Counted from the stretch's first letter, positions 8,892 through 19,943 are shown. The stretch is 64,000 nucleotides of DNA from Capsulimonadaceae bacterium (GCA_965215505.1 OZ244065.1:4928001-4992000), one strand, 5' to 3'. Translations and numbers: made by a program. Notes: generated by a model not told the origin, from the letters alone.

Positions 8892-10112
8892 TTGAGCATC
8901 GTGACAAACAACGACCCGCACACAAAAGACGTCGCGGAGGACGACGGGGCCAGCCAGCCGAAGCTTGCCTCGGCCCCGTTGCCCGCCCCGAGGGTTCATC
9001 TGGCTTATCTGGACGGCCTGCGGGCACTGGCCGCGCTGTATGTCGTCCTGCACCACGCCTCCCGCTATGCCTTTGACAATCTGGCTCCAGATCGGATGAC
9101 GCCGATACAGAAACAGCTCGCCTTCGTGTTTCTCGGAGGGAGTCTGGCGGTCGTGTTGTTCATCGTGCTGTCCGGTTTCTGCCTCATGCTGCCCGTAGTC
9201 CGCGGCGATGGGACGCTGCGGGGTGGGGCGCTTCATTTTCTGGGGAAGCGGGTGCGACGGATACTGCCGCCCTACTACTTTGCCATCGGGCTTTCCCTGT
9301 TGCTGATCTGCCTCTTGATCGGGACAAGAACAGGAACGGTCTGGGACGAGTGTACAGACATCACCGTGTCCACGCTCGTGACTCACCTGCTTCTGATACA
9401 GAATTTGTCCGTGTCTACGGCCAGCGGCATCAATTATCCTCTGTGGACTGTCGCCATCGAGTGGCAGATATATTTTCTGTTCCCACTCCTGGTTTGGGGC
9501 TGGGGACGCCTCGGCCCCATTCTGACGGTGGCCATGACGCTGGGACTGTCGGTGATCGCCAATGAGGACCTGAAGAACACGCCGTTCCTGGGCGCTAACC
9601 CGGTGTTCCTGGGGGCCTTCGCTCTTGGAATGCTGGGGGCAGGGATCGCCTACGGCGACCATGCGCTGCTGACCGCCTGGCGGCAGCGTGTCCCCTGGCT
9701 TTGGCTCACACTTGCGCTCGCGCTTGCTTTCTACCTGCCGATGATGATCCTCCGTAAAGTTCCCCTGGGTGCAACCCCGGCTGAGGTGGTGTTCGCGATG
9801 CTGTCTGTTTCTCTAATCATCCTGGCCTCACGGCCGGGCGCGAACCCCCTAAACCGGGTACTCTCCTGGAAGCCGCTGGTGACCGTCGGCGTGTTCTCTT
9901 ATAGTCTCTACCTGATCCATGCACCGGTCCTACAGTTGATCTGGCAGTATGGTCTGCTCGCCCGGCATTTGGAGCCGGTGCCTTTGTTTTTGGTACTGGC
10001 CTTCATCGGCGTACCTCTGATCGTGGCTGCCTCCTATGTTTTCAGCCTGGGGTGTGAGCGTCCCTTCCTCAGCCCGCACGCCAAAAAAGTGGCGAAGCAG
10101 GTGGAGGCTTGA
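8892..10112 (+). CDS. Acyltransferase family 3 (OafA-like O-acyltransferase)
   Basis: YLDGLRALA, FIVLSGF, RRILPPYY, WTVAIEWQIY, SYSLYLIH, ERPF motifs; start uncertain (8892 or 8901). Confidence 0.9.
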   Translation: MSIVTNNDPHTKDVAEDDGASQPKLASAPLPAPRVHLAYLDGLRALAALYVVLHHASRYAFDNLAPDRMTPIQKQLAFVFLGGSLAVVLFIVLSGFCLMLPVVRGDGTLRGGALHFLGKRVRRILPPYYFAIGLSLLLICLLIGTRTGTVWDECTDITVSTLVTHLLLIQNLSVSTASGINYPLWTVAIEWQIYFLFPLLVWGWGRLGPILTVAMTLGLSVIANEDLKNTPFLGANPVFLGAFALGMLGAGIAYGDHALLTAWRQRVPWLWLTLALALAFYLPMMILRKVPLGATPAEVVFAMLSVSLIILASRPGANPLNRVLSWKPLVTVGVFSYSLYLIHAPVLQLIWQYGLLARHLEPVPLFLVLAFIGVPLIVAASYVFSLGCERPFLSPHAKKVAKQVEA

Positions 10113-10364
10113 CCACGTCCTGTCGCGCCGGCGATCATGCACCTCCCGCCGGTGTTCTGCGGCACCATGACGCGAGAAGAACGTCACTCGCTCTTTCGGG
10201 CGTACAGGACTCCGGGCGCACCTCCTCCGAGCCGGAGCCGTGCGGGTGATCGTGGTGGCCTTGATTGTGGCGGCCTTGCCTGAATGCCGCCGAGGCGTGG
10301 GAACTAGTGAGATGGAATGTTTTCCGAGGAACTCCGTGCGAGAGCGCGCTGCTGAGGCACTATC

Positions 10365-11999
10365 ATGATAAACCGCGCTGCGTTGAACCCGGCTTTTGCT
10401 TCCCCCGTCCCGCGTGTCAGCCGGGCGCTGTGTCTGCTGGGGGCGGCACTGCTCTTCATGGTACTCCAGATAGCAAGCGGCACCGGCGGCGTCTACGCCC
10501 TGCTGGTGTTCACGCTCCTGATCATTTCATACTATGCCGCGACTTGGGCTGGCGGCCTGGAGACGCTGTTCGGGCTTGCCATCGTGTATCTCTTGCTTCA
10601 GCACGTCTTGATCTCCCAGGTCGCCAAAGTCTTTTTCTGGGAGTCCGCAGACGCGCCGCTCAGGCGCCCACTGGAAACGATAGGCGTCTACAATGTCGGC
10701 ATGGCGAGCTTCGCCCTCGGTATTCTGGTAGCGAACAAATTTCGCCGCCGGAAGGCGCCGCTGTTCATCGCGGAGACGAAGCCCAGTCGCCTGCTCTGGA
10801 TGAGCATCCTCTGCACCCTCTTCGCCACCGCCGTGCAACTGGCGACCCACACCGTCGGCATTGATGCCCGGACAGGAGGATCACTCCAGGGCGGGGTACT
10901 CGGGCCTCTCAAGCAGCTCGGCTTTTTGGGTCCGCTCGCGGTCGCCAGCGGAACGGCTTACATGATCAAATCATCCGGCAGGCGCCGCAGCCTCGGCCTG
11001 GTGAACCTGATTCCCATGCTCTCCCAGATCGCTTTCGCGATCCTTACCGCTCTGCGCGAGGCTACCGTCATCCCGATCATCGTCTACGGCCTGACCTGCA
11101 TCGCATTCCGCTATCGTTTCCGGCTAAAACATTACGCAGTGCTGCTCGTAGGTGCCTACGTCGCGAACTTCATCATCTTCCCGTATGCGCTGGTCGGGCG
11201 CAACGTCGTCCGCACCGGCTCTTTCGAGGAGAACGTGAGTCGGTCCACCAGCATGCTACTGGAGATCGCCCAGAACCCGTATAAATACCGTGACCTTGTT
11301 GATCACCAGAATGCAAAAAGGTCAAAGGAGCAGAGGCAGTTCGACTACTTCAACAACCCGTCACCGACTCTGACGCGCTACTCGCTCATCGTGGTTTCGG
11401 ACGGCCTTGTGGATGCGGCCATTAACCAGGGGTTTACGGGATGGGAGACAATCACGCCGGGCTTCGAGGCGTCGCTGCCGCGCTTCCTCAATCCCGACAA
11501 GCCGTTCGTGCAGATCGGCAATTTCCTGACTCATCGCGTACCGGGATTGAGTGTCGGCAGAAAAGACCACACAACCGGGATTTCGATCGGCCTTTTTTCC
11601 GATGCCTTCACCTGCTTCGGGTGGCTGGGAATCGCTGTCATTCCTTTCCTGATCATGTTCTGGCTCATGATGATATACCGTGCCTTGATTGATGACCGCC
11701 TCTGGGGCAACGTCCTGGTCTTGTCTCTCCTGCCGGGCTTCTCGTTCTTGGTTCTGTCCGAAAGCTCTACCGCAGACCTGATCGTCGTAAGTACGGCGGG
11801 CACTCTCGGCATCGCCACGGGCCTCGTGTGCCTTTATATGCTTGTACACATCCTGGATGAGACGACAGCCCGTGTGGGCCGGGCGGTGACGGCAAACATG
11901 CACATGCGTCGGCATGCATTGCAGAGAATCATGGTAGCTACTCACCATACAGGCAAACTCATAGGCGTCGAGCGGGCCGGTTCGGTTGAAGATGTCTGA
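10365..11999 (+). CDS. Polytopic membrane protein, putative Wzy-like polysaccharide polymerase
   Basis: About 11-12 TM segments with one large loop, inside an EPS cluster that has a flippase. Confidence 0.55.
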   Translation: MINRAALNPAFASPVPRVSRALCLLGAALLFMVLQIASGTGGVYALLVFTLLIISYYAATWAGGLETLFGLAIVYLLLQHVLISQVAKVFFWESADAPLRRPLETIGVYNVGMASFALGILVANKFRRRKAPLFIAETKPSRLLWMSILCTLFATAVQLATHTVGIDARTGGSLQGGVLGPLKQLGFLGPLAVASGTAYMIKSSGRRRSLGLVNLIPMLSQIAFAILTALREATVIPIIVYGLTCIAFRYRFRLKHYAVLLVGAYVANFIIFPYALVGRNVVRTGSFEENVSRSTSMLLEIAQNPYKYRDLVDHQNAKRSKEQRQFDYFNNPSPTLTRYSLIVVSDGLVDAAINQGFTGWETITPGFEASLPRFLNPDKPFVQIGNFLTHRVPGLSVGRKDHTTGISIGLFSDAFTCFGWLGIAVIPFLIMFWLMMIYRALIDDRLWGNVLVLSLLPGFSFLVLSESSTADLIVVSTAGTLGIATGLVCLYMLVHILDETTARVGRAVTANMHMRRHALQRIMVATHHTGKLIGVERAGSVEDV

Positions 12000-12085
12000 T
12001 CACCGGTCCCGCCAGTGGGTTTCGCTTTGCTGCTGTCTTACCTCTATTAAGTAGTTGTGCAGAAATAGGCTATAATTAGGTCACG

Positions 12086-13142
12086 ATGAGCCGACTGATT
12101 ATTCTTAACCTGACTGACGAGGAGCGCACCGCCCTAGAGAAAGGCTCCCGCCACGGCACCAGCCATGCCTTCCGCACCCGCTGCCGCATGATCCTGCTCA
12201 AAGCCGACCGCCTGCCCTCGGCCCAGGTCGCCGAGCAGATCGGTTGCTGCATGATCGCCGTCAACGGCTGGGTCAAACGCTATCAAGCCGACGGCCTCGG
12301 CGGCCTGAAGACCAAACACGGGCGTGGCCGAAGAGCCATCCTCGATGACGGGGCCGATCTGGCGCAGGTGCAGGCCGCCGTGCAGAGCCACCGCCAGAAG
12401 ATCAGCCTCGCCAGGGCCGAACTCGAAGCGAGCCTGGGCAAAGAGTTCAGCACGACCACGCTCAAGCGTTTTCTCAGCTCAAGCGTTTTCTCAAAAACAT
12501 CGCTGCCGCTACAAGCGACTGAGGAAGCGGCCCAAAGGCCAGCCCAACCCTGATGTGTACGCGCTGCGGGCCGCGTGCCTGGCCGAACTCGAACGACTCT
12601 CCGAGCAAGGTCGCCTTGATCTTTTCTCTGGTGACGAGAGTGGCGTCTCGCTGGAGCCGTGCGTCCCGTATGCCTGGCAGTTCCCCGGCGAGCGGGTGTC
12701 CATGCCTGCGGCCAAAGGCGGCGGCCTCAACTGCTTCGCCCTGCTCGCGCGCGACAACCGCTGCCTGGCGCAGACCACAACGGGAGCGATCACGGGTGCC
12801 TTCGTGGCCGAGCAGCTTGACCGCCTCTCGCTGAGCCTGCCCAAGCCGACGATGGTCGTGCTGGACAATGCGCCGATCCACCACGGGCGGGCGATCCGTC
12901 AGCGGCGGGACGCCTGGCAGGAGCGGGGCCTGTTCGTGTTCTATCTGCCGACGTATTCGCCGCACCTCAACATCGCCGAGGTATTGTGGCGCAAGCTCAA
13001 GCACGAGTGGCTGCGGGCCGAGGACTATGCGGACGCCCCGACGCTGCATTATCAGGTCTGGCTGGCCCTGAAGGCGGTCGGCACGTCGCTGAGGATCAAC
13101 TTCTCGCCCTTCCGGCAGAGCGGGGGTCTAAGTCAAACCTAA
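12086..13142 (+). pseudogene. IS630 transposase split over two frames (HTH 12086-12553; DDE to 13142), probably inactivated
   Basis: GDES, VVLDNAPIH, YLPTYSPHLNIAE motifs; 17-bp tandem duplication at the frame junction. Confidence 0.7.
12460..12493 (+). repeat. 17-bp perfect tandem duplication GCTCAAGCGTTTTCTCA x2
   Basis: Read directly at 12460-12476 and 12477-12493. Confidence 0.95.
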
Positions 13143-13400
13143 TTCTGGACGGGTACTTACCTCCTGGTAGAGAAGCCCTCGCATCAGCTGGCGCGACGCA
13201 TGAAGGCGGTCGGCGGGCACAAGGTTTCCCCCCGAAGCTGGAGAGCGGACTGAAAAGGGTGGCAGGGGAACAAGCGCTGGCAGACCGAGAAACGACGAGG
13301 CGAGTTTCTGTTGGAGCCGCCGACTTTGATTCTCGTGGGGAAGCAGGGCGAGGGTAGTTATCGATGACAGAGGACCACATGTATCGGTGAGGAGAGTACG

Positions 13401-14198
13401 ATGAAATTCGCAAACAAAATCCATGGGATCAAATCCCTTATGCTGTTCGACAACAAATTACAACTTTTGTTGTCCCGGACGCTGTTCCACAGCAACCCTG
13501 TGGTGATTTACTGCCTTCGCGGCAAGCACATCCTCGTGGATCACAGTGCTGACGACGAGAACGGCACGAGAGCCGCAATTACTTCGCCGATGTATCAGCA
13601 GTTCCTTTCACAGATGAAACTGCGCGACCGTGTCAATGTCCTCGATTTGGGCGCGAACGGCGGCGGCTTCCCGCTCATGCTGGAGCTGAACGACATCCGC
13701 ATCCGGAAGCTTGCCTGCGTTGAGTTCAACCCGAATACCTACACGCGCCTGCGCTTCAATATTGAGCGTAACATCCCGGCTGAGTTCATCGGCCTCAATG
13801 TGGCGGTGTGTGGGGAGAAGCAGGAATTTGAGGTCGCCCTCGGCGCTGGGGGAACGGACGACAATCTCTACAAAGAGCGGGATGACAGCGGTGCGCGCCG
13901 CTTCAAAATTCAAGGACTGACTTTCGATGACATCTACACTTCCACGTTCGGCGATGAGTGGGTGGATGTCTGCAAAATAGATGTCGAGAGGGCGGAGTAT
14001 GATATACTCGCGACGCCGTCCCATGAGTGTCTGCGTCGCTGTACCTATCTGGTCATGGAAATCCATCCGCACCCGACCATAGAGAAAAAGACGGTCGTTG
14101 ACGAACTCGCGCGCCTCGGCTTCGAGGAAGCCGCACGCGACGCGGAGACGGATCAGGATGTTTACTTGTTCCGGAATACGAACGCGTCGATCGCATGA
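13401..14198 (+). CDS. FkbM-family SAM methyltransferase
   Basis: VLDLGANGG, EFNP, KIDVERAE motifs. Confidence 0.85.
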   Translation: MKFANKIHGIKSLMLFDNKLQLLLSRTLFHSNPVVIYCLRGKHILVDHSADDENGTRAAITSPMYQQFLSQMKLRDRVNVLDLGANGGGFPLMLELNDIRIRKLACVEFNPNTYTRLRFNIERNIPAEFIGLNVAVCGEKQEFEVALGAGGTDDNLYKERDDSGARRFKIQGLTFDDIYTSTFGDEWVDVCKIDVERAEYDILATPSHECLRRCTYLVMEIHPHPTIEKKTVVDELARLGFEEAARDAETDQDVYLFRNTNASIA

Positions 14199-14284
14199 CC
14201 CCCGCCGGGTGAACACTCGAGTTAGAACACATGGAGTGATTTGGGAACCAGAATGGCGATCTATTTTCTTGCGAAGGGTTCAGC

Positions 14285-15502
14285 GTGAACATTTTACAAG
14301 TCATCTCCTCCACGGATCTCGCCCATGGTGGCGTGATGGAGGGGACGCGGCAGACGAGCGAAGCGCTGACGCAGATGGGGCACCACGTCGAGGTTGCCTC
14401 TGCGGATGACCCCGCCGCGCCGTGGCTGCGCGACCTGGGCTTTACGGTTCACGCACTCGGTCCGGGCAGATCGGGCTACTGTTATGCGCTGGGCATGATC
14501 CCCTGGCTGCGCGGGAACGCGCCCCGCTTTGACGCCGTCATCGTCAACGGCCTCTGGCAGCATCCCGGCTTTGCCGTCCGGCGCGCTCTGCGGGGCACAC
14601 GGACGCCTTACTTCGTCTACACGCACGGGATGCTGGACCCGTGGTTCAAGCGGACCTACCCCATGAAGCACCTGAAGAAGAGCCTGTACTGGTCGTGGGG
14701 CGAGTACCGTGTTCTCCGGGACGCGCAGGCCGTACTGTTCACCTGTGAGGAGGAGAAACTGCTGGCCCGTCAGTCGTTCCGCCTCTACCGCGCGAACGAG
14801 GTCGTGGTCAGCTACGGCACTGTGGGGCCGACTGGCGACGCGGCGACGCAGAAGGCGGCGTTTCTGACGCGCCATCCGGAGCTTCAAGGTAAGCGCCTGC
14901 TCCTGTTCCTAAGCCGCATCCATGTCAAGAAGGGCTGTGACCTGTTGATTGACGCGTTCGCCCGAGTCGCACAATCCGACCCGTCGCTGCGCCTCGTCAT
15001 GGCGGGTCCGGACCAGACCGGCTGGCGACCCGAGCTGGAGCGGCAGGCGACGTCCCTGGGCATCGCGGACCGAGTCGCCTGGCCGGGGATGCTGACGGGC
15101 GACGTGAAGTGGGGCGCGTTCCGGGCGGCGGAAGCGTTCGTGCTGCCGTCGCACCAGGAGAACTTCGGGATCGCCGTCGCCGAGGCGCTGGCCTGCGGCT
15201 TGCCCGCCCTGATCTCGAACAAGGTGAACATCTGGCGCGAGATCGATCAGGATGGCGCGGGCCTCGTGGCGGAAGACACCCAGGAAGGCGCGCGGCGCCT
15301 GCTGCAAGAATGGCTCGCCCTCCCCGCCGAGGCACGGGAGGGCATGGCCCGCCGCGCCCGCGCGTGCTTCCAGGCCCGGTTCGACATCCGCATCGCGGCC
15401 GAAAATCTGCTGGAGGCGCTTCGCGCTCCCGCCGGCGGGAGCCGCGCCGACAGTGTAGAAAAGGAAGGAGCCAGTCATGTCCGCCATTCTCCGGGAGGTT
15501 AA
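14285..15502 (+). CDS. Glycosyltransferase family 4
   Basis: HGMLDPW, FLSRIHVKKG, PSHQENFGIAVAEA motifs. Confidence 0.9.
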   Translation: MNILQVISSTDLAHGGVMEGTRQTSEALTQMGHHVEVASADDPAAPWLRDLGFTVHALGPGRSGYCYALGMIPWLRGNAPRFDAVIVNGLWQHPGFAVRRALRGTRTPYFVYTHGMLDPWFKRTYPMKHLKKSLYWSWGEYRVLRDAQAVLFTCEEEKLLARQSFRLYRANEVVVSYGTVGPTGDAATQKAAFLTRHPELQGKRLLLFLSRIHVKKGCDLLIDAFARVAQSDPSLRLVMAGPDQTGWRPELERQATSLGIADRVAWPGMLTGDVKWGAFRAAEAFVLPSHQENFGIAVAEALACGLPALISNKVNIWREIDQDGAGLVAEDTQEGARRLLQEWLALPAEAREGMARRARACFQARFDIRIAAENLLEALRAPAGGSRADSVEKEGASHVRHSPGG

Positions 15503-16031
15503 TCCGCACACCCAGCCGAGCTTCTCGCTCTCCAACCGTCTGCGGCGCCTGAGCTGGGAAATCGTCTACACTATCCTGTTCCGGCCCTCACCCCGCCCCT
15601 GCCATGCCTGGCGCGCGTTCCTCCTGCGCTGCTACGGGGCACGCCTGGGGAAGCACTGCCATGTCTACCCACGGGTGACGATCTGGGCACCCTGGAACCT
15701 GATCCTGGACGACTATGCCGGCATGGCGGATGGGGTGATCTGCTACTCCGTGGCGACGGTCACGCTCGGCAAAAAGGTCGTCGTTTCGCAGGGAACGCAC
15801 CTCTGCACGGGTACTCACGACTACGAGGACCCTTCGTTCCAGCTATACGCCCTGCCGATCCATGTGGGTGACAATGCCTGGCTGTGTGCCGAGAGCTTCA
15901 TCGCGCCGGGCGTGACGATCGGCGAGGGGGCCGTCATCGGCGCGCGCGCGGTTGTAACAAAAGACATGCCCCCCTGGACGGTCTGCGCCGGCAGCCCTTG
16001 TAAGCCTCTCAAGCCGCGCGTACTGCGGTGA
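15477..16031 (+). CDS. wcaF: WcaF-like hexapeptide-repeat acetyltransferase
   Basis: WRAFLLR..GA, IWAPWNL, LCTGTHDY, hexapeptide repeats. Confidence 0.8.
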   Translation: MSAILREVNPHTQPSFSLSNRLRRLSWEIVYTILFRPSPRPCHAWRAFLLRCYGARLGKHCHVYPRVTIWAPWNLILDDYAGMADGVICYSVATVTLGKKVVVSQGTHLCTGTHDYEDPSFQLYALPIHVGDNAWLCAESFIAPGVTIGEGAVIGARAVVTKDMPPWTVCAGSPCKPLKPRVLR

Positions 16032-16091
16032 CCATCCTGACTGGCGGCGGACGCATCAAATCTTCGCTCAAATTTTCAATCAGGTGTTCAA

Positions 16092-16967
16092 ATGACAATC
16101 CCTGTTTCAGTGCTGGTCCTGACAAAGAACGAGCAGGACGACCTCCCAGGATGTTTGGATTCGGTTTCCTGGTCTGACGACATCCATGTCCTGGACTCTT
16201 ACTCAGACGACGACACTGTCTCCATCGCGCAGTCATACGGCGCGACGGTGGCTTACCGCAAGTTTGATTACTTCTCGGCACACCAGAACTGGGCCTTGCA
16301 GAACATCCCCTTCCGGCACCCCTGGGTCTTTTATATCGATGCGGACGAGCGCGTCACGGCGGAACTCGCGCAGGCGGTGGAACGCGCTGTCGCCGCCCCA
16401 GGCGATCAGGTGGCGTTCCGCATCCAGCGCCGCGATTTTTTTCTGGGCCGCTGGCTGAAGCATGTGCAAGCGTCACCGTTCTACTTGCGTTTGTTCCTGG
16501 CCGGGAAGATGCGCTACGAGCGGATGGGACACCCGCTGTCTGTGCCTGACGGACCGGTCGGGCAGATCCGGGGCTATCTGGACCACTTCCCGTTCAGCAA
16601 GGGCATGGCGCACTGGATCATCCGCCACGACAAATACAGCACGGAAGAAGCGCAGCAGATCATCAACAATCGCCTCAACAACGCCCGATTCAGCCCCCAC
16701 CTCGCGTTCTTCGGGAAAGGTTTCCATGCGCGGAGGTTTCACCAGAAGGAACTGTTCTACCGGCTTCCAGGCCGCCCTCTCGTCAAGTTCTTCCTGCTGT
16801 ATGGAATCAAGCGAGGGTTCCTCGATGGCACCCCTGGCTTGACCTACGCCATCCTCCAATCCATCTATGAGTACATGATCGTCCTCAAGACGCGTGAACT
16901 GGAGCGCAGTCTCCCCAAAGGCGGGGCCAGGGAAATCACACCCCCGGATGCTTTAGCAGCAGAGTAG
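16092..16967 (+). CDS. Glycosyltransferase family 2 (beta-glucosyltransferase-like)
   Basis: LTKNE, DSYSDD, IDADER, GFLDG motifs. Confidence 0.9.
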   Translation: MTIPVSVLVLTKNEQDDLPGCLDSVSWSDDIHVLDSYSDDDTVSIAQSYGATVAYRKFDYFSAHQNWALQNIPFRHPWVFYIDADERVTAELAQAVERAVAAPGDQVAFRIQRRDFFLGRWLKHVQASPFYLRLFLAGKMRYERMGHPLSVPDGPVGQIRGYLDHFPFSKGMAHWIIRHDKYSTEEAQQIINNRLNNARFSPHLAFFGKGFHARRFHQKELFYRLPGRPLVKFFLLYGIKRGFLDGTPGLTYAILQSIYEYMIVLKTRELERSLPKGGAREITPPDALAAE

Positions 16968-17003
16968 GTCTTCCAGAAGTGGCCTCCAAGAGGAGGGCAG
17001 GCG

Positions 17004-17043
17004 CATGGGGCGGCCCTTCGGAAGTCTGAAGGGCCGCCCCATG
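17004..17043. terminator. Strong GC hairpin after the GT2 gene (no U-tract)
   Basis: CATGGGGCGGCCCTTC...GAAGGGCCGCCCCATG inverted repeat. Confidence 0.5.
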
Positions 17044-17455
17044 GTGTGATAGTGAGCAATGGCAACAAAAAATCTAGCATAATAACGCTTCTCTGTCCCG
17101 TTATCGCCCGAGTCCGTGTTACAATGGACTGGACAATGGGTTTGAGGAGTGGCCCCTCTGTCGCCCCGCACATGCGCCACCCGCGTGAAACCCCGCATCA
17201 GCAACAGTGATGCGTTACCAGGATCTTCCGATAATTGGAACTGTTACCCCGCCTGGATGGATGAGGATCGTCGCTCCCAACTCCAGCGAGCAGATGTGTG
17301 GCAAAAACTTCACCACGGAAACTGGGTTTCATTCGGCTTCCTAGGACGAACACAGCCCGCTACGGGGATGGACGGTTCCCGCTGGACATCATCGTGGTGT
17401 CCCTGCAGCTCACCCCCACGCCTCACAGAGTCCACACGAAAGATCTACCAAAATC

Positions 17456-19840
17456 ATGTTGCAAAGCAATCAGCAAAGCAAACACCACAAACTTCTCCCA
17501 GCCCTGGCGCTGGTCATTCTTCAGCTCGCGGCGGCGCAGTGCGCTCGGGCCTCTGCCGATCCGGTGCTGCCGGTCCTCAACTGGCAGCAGCGCTCCGACT
17601 GGATCAACGTCAAAACGGGTGTGCAGCCGGCGGCCGTCGGCGACGGAGTCCATGACGATACGACCGCCATCCAGGCGGCACTGAACCGGCTGGACGACAA
17701 CTACGTCAGCCACACGAAGACCGTCTACTTCCCGCCGGGGACATACCGCATCACGAAGACGCTCACCCTCACGAAGGTCCAAGGCGCGATGCTCGTGGGC
17801 AGCGGCCAGACGACACGCATCGTCTGGGGCGGCCCATTAAACCAGACGATGTTCTGGTCCAACGGCGTGACCTACTCGCGCTACATCGGCCTCACCTGGG
17901 ACGGTGCCAACAAGGCCGCGGTCGGCGTGGATCATGCCTCTAAGTCGTACTACGAAACCCGCATCCGCCACCAAGACGAGGCTTTTCTCAACTTCCGTAC
18001 CGCCGGCATCCGCACCGGCTACAACCAGGTGGCGCCGACGGCGGAGGTGATGTTCCGGAATTGCCTCTTCCAAAAGTGCTACAATGGTGTCGCCTGCCTA
18101 CAATGGAATGACTATGATAACGATTTCGAGGGGTGCGACTTCCGAAATTGCGGCATCTCCATCAACTGCCAGGCCGGCGAGGTCTATGTCCGCGATAGTC
18201 ATTTCGAGCGGAGCAGTACCGTAGACATCTACTTGAACTCTCACGTCCACTCGGTCCGGCGCTGTACCTCCGTCGGGTCAAACCAGTTCCTCACTGTCCC
18301 GCTCGCTCAGAACTCCGACATCATCACGGTCCAGGACTGCCATGTGGACGGGTGGACGGGGGCGCAGGGCGCGATTTCACTGGGCATGCGCGGACCGACG
18401 ACCATCTTCGACTGCTCCTTTACCCACGCACCGGACGCAGGCCCCGCGATTCGTCTGACTAATTGGCGTACCGTGTCGCAGTCAGTGATCCTCTCGAACA
18501 ATATGGCACCCGGCTCCAGCACTCTGATAGATCCCGGCCTCAACTCTCAGATCGCGCAGATACCCGCTGGGGCGCGGGGGCCGAGCCTCAGTGACCCCAC
18601 GCAAAGCCTGTTCACAAGCAACGAAACTGTGCCTTCCACCGTTCTGGATGTCAAAACCGGGTTCGGGGCGACGGGCAATGGCATCACCGACGATACACAG
18701 GCGATCCTGAGTGCGATTCGGGCGGCGTCGGCTCTAGGCGGGCATCCGCTCGTTTACCTCCCGCCGGGCGTATACATCGTGTCCGCGACCCTTCCCCTGA
18801 CGGGCGGTTACGGCATCGGCGGGTCGGGATTCAAGACGATCGTTCACTGGAGCGGCAGCCCCTCGGCGGGTCCTGTGTTCTCCGTGCGTGACCCGCAGAA
18901 CGCTCTACTGGAGCAGATGCAGATTGATGCCCCCGATCCCGTCGCCTGCGTCCAGCAGACGAGCGCCAGCACAGCCCCCTCGGACATGACCTACGACGGC
19001 GTCTATGTGGGTGGCTCCTTTCTGGGCCTGGTACCGCCAGGCGGGTACGGTGTGGGCGGCACTCCGCGTGTCAACCGCGGCCTGGAATGTATCGCCCTGT
19101 CCGGCTCTGCGACGGTTCATCTGACGCATTGGGACGGTTCAGCCCACTTCACCAACTGCTCACGCGCCACCATCCTCCAAGACTTCGGCTCGGACGGCGT
19201 CCTTCAGGTGGATGGGTCGCAGTCGGAAAAGAGTGGATTTCTTGGAATACTGATGAAGGCCAACTCCGGAAACCCGTGCGACATCGTCGTCCGGGACAAC
19301 CAGGACCTAGTGGCCGCCGACATGTATACTGAGTCCACAACGTCCTTCCTGTCCGTCTCCGGTGACGGCGGTTACCCAGGACACCCAGGGCATGTGACTG
19401 TTCAGGGAACCGAGTGTAACACTAGTAGCCCTCAGGCAGTGACTGTCAACGATTATGAGGGGCGGGTGACGCTGACGGGGATGCAGTTTACACACACCTT
19501 CCAGGCAGGCCACATATTCGCGCGGGTTGGTACGCGCCCGGCCGACCTCGTGCTGCTGGGAGACATGTTCTGGATAGATGATCCCAGTGTCACTGTCGCA
19601 GCCGGTTTCAGCCTCTTGGCCGCACAGAATATCGTCGTCAACGATCCGAACAACAGCCCGACTCATGTCGTCCCCAACCAGATCACCGGCTTCAGCTCTG
19701 CAGCGACAGCAACACTGCTGCAAGGGGGATTGACGGCGGCGGCCGTACCAGGTTCGGGAGGGGCGCTGGCCGATGCCGCCGCCGCCCTGGATGATTTCCG
19801 CCAGCTGGGAGAGGTGGACTTGGCAATCAACCATCCGTAG
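17456..19840 (+). CDS. Secreted right-handed beta-helix protein with two pectate-lyase-3/GH55-like modules
   Basis: Signal peptide; AVGDGVHDDTTAIQAA..YFPPGTY and ATGNGITDDTQAI..YLPPGVY repeats. Confidence 0.75.
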   Translation: MLQSNQQSKHHKLLPALALVILQLAAAQCARASADPVLPVLNWQQRSDWINVKTGVQPAAVGDGVHDDTTAIQAALNRLDDNYVSHTKTVYFPPGTYRITKTLTLTKVQGAMLVGSGQTTRIVWGGPLNQTMFWSNGVTYSRYIGLTWDGANKAAVGVDHASKSYYETRIRHQDEAFLNFRTAGIRTGYNQVAPTAEVMFRNCLFQKCYNGVACLQWNDYDNDFEGCDFRNCGISINCQAGEVYVRDSHFERSSTVDIYLNSHVHSVRRCTSVGSNQFLTVPLAQNSDIITVQDCHVDGWTGAQGAISLGMRGPTTIFDCSFTHAPDAGPAIRLTNWRTVSQSVILSNNMAPGSSTLIDPGLNSQIAQIPAGARGPSLSDPTQSLFTSNETVPSTVLDVKTGFGATGNGITDDTQAILSAIRAASALGGHPLVYLPPGVYIVSATLPLTGGYGIGGSGFKTIVHWSGSPSAGPVFSVRDPQNALLEQMQIDAPDPVACVQQTSASTAPSDMTYDGVYVGGSFLGLVPPGGYGVGGTPRVNRGLECIALSGSATVHLTHWDGSAHFTNCSRATILQDFGSDGVLQVDGSQSEKSGFLGILMKANSGNPCDIVVRDNQDLVAADMYTESTTSFLSVSGDGGYPGHPGHVTVQGTECNTSSPQAVTVNDYEGRVTLTGMQFTHTFQAGHIFARVGTRPADLVLLGDMFWIDDPSVTVAAGFSLLAAQNIVVNDPNNSPTHVVPNQITGFSSAATATLLQGGLTAAAVPGSGGALADAAAALDDFRQLGEVDLAINHP

Positions 19841-19943
19841 AAGATCATGCAAAATATCTTCGCGGTGCGATCTCCTCGACACCCCAGCCTTGCGGCTGGG
19901 GTGCTTCTTTGCCGGCCCTTTCCCCTTACCGGCGTTGGCGACG

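Larger units (their letters stand above)
12048..13159 (+). mobile_element. IS630-family insertion sequence
   Basis: Imperfect terminal IRs TAAGTAGTTGTGCAGAAATAGG / CCTAATTCTGGACGGGTACTTA (17/22), TA at both ends; HTH ORF plus DDE ORF. Confidence 0.9.

Noticed and set aside
8112-9662. 516-aa minus-strand ORF
   Set aside because: Antisense to the GT4 and acyltransferase genes
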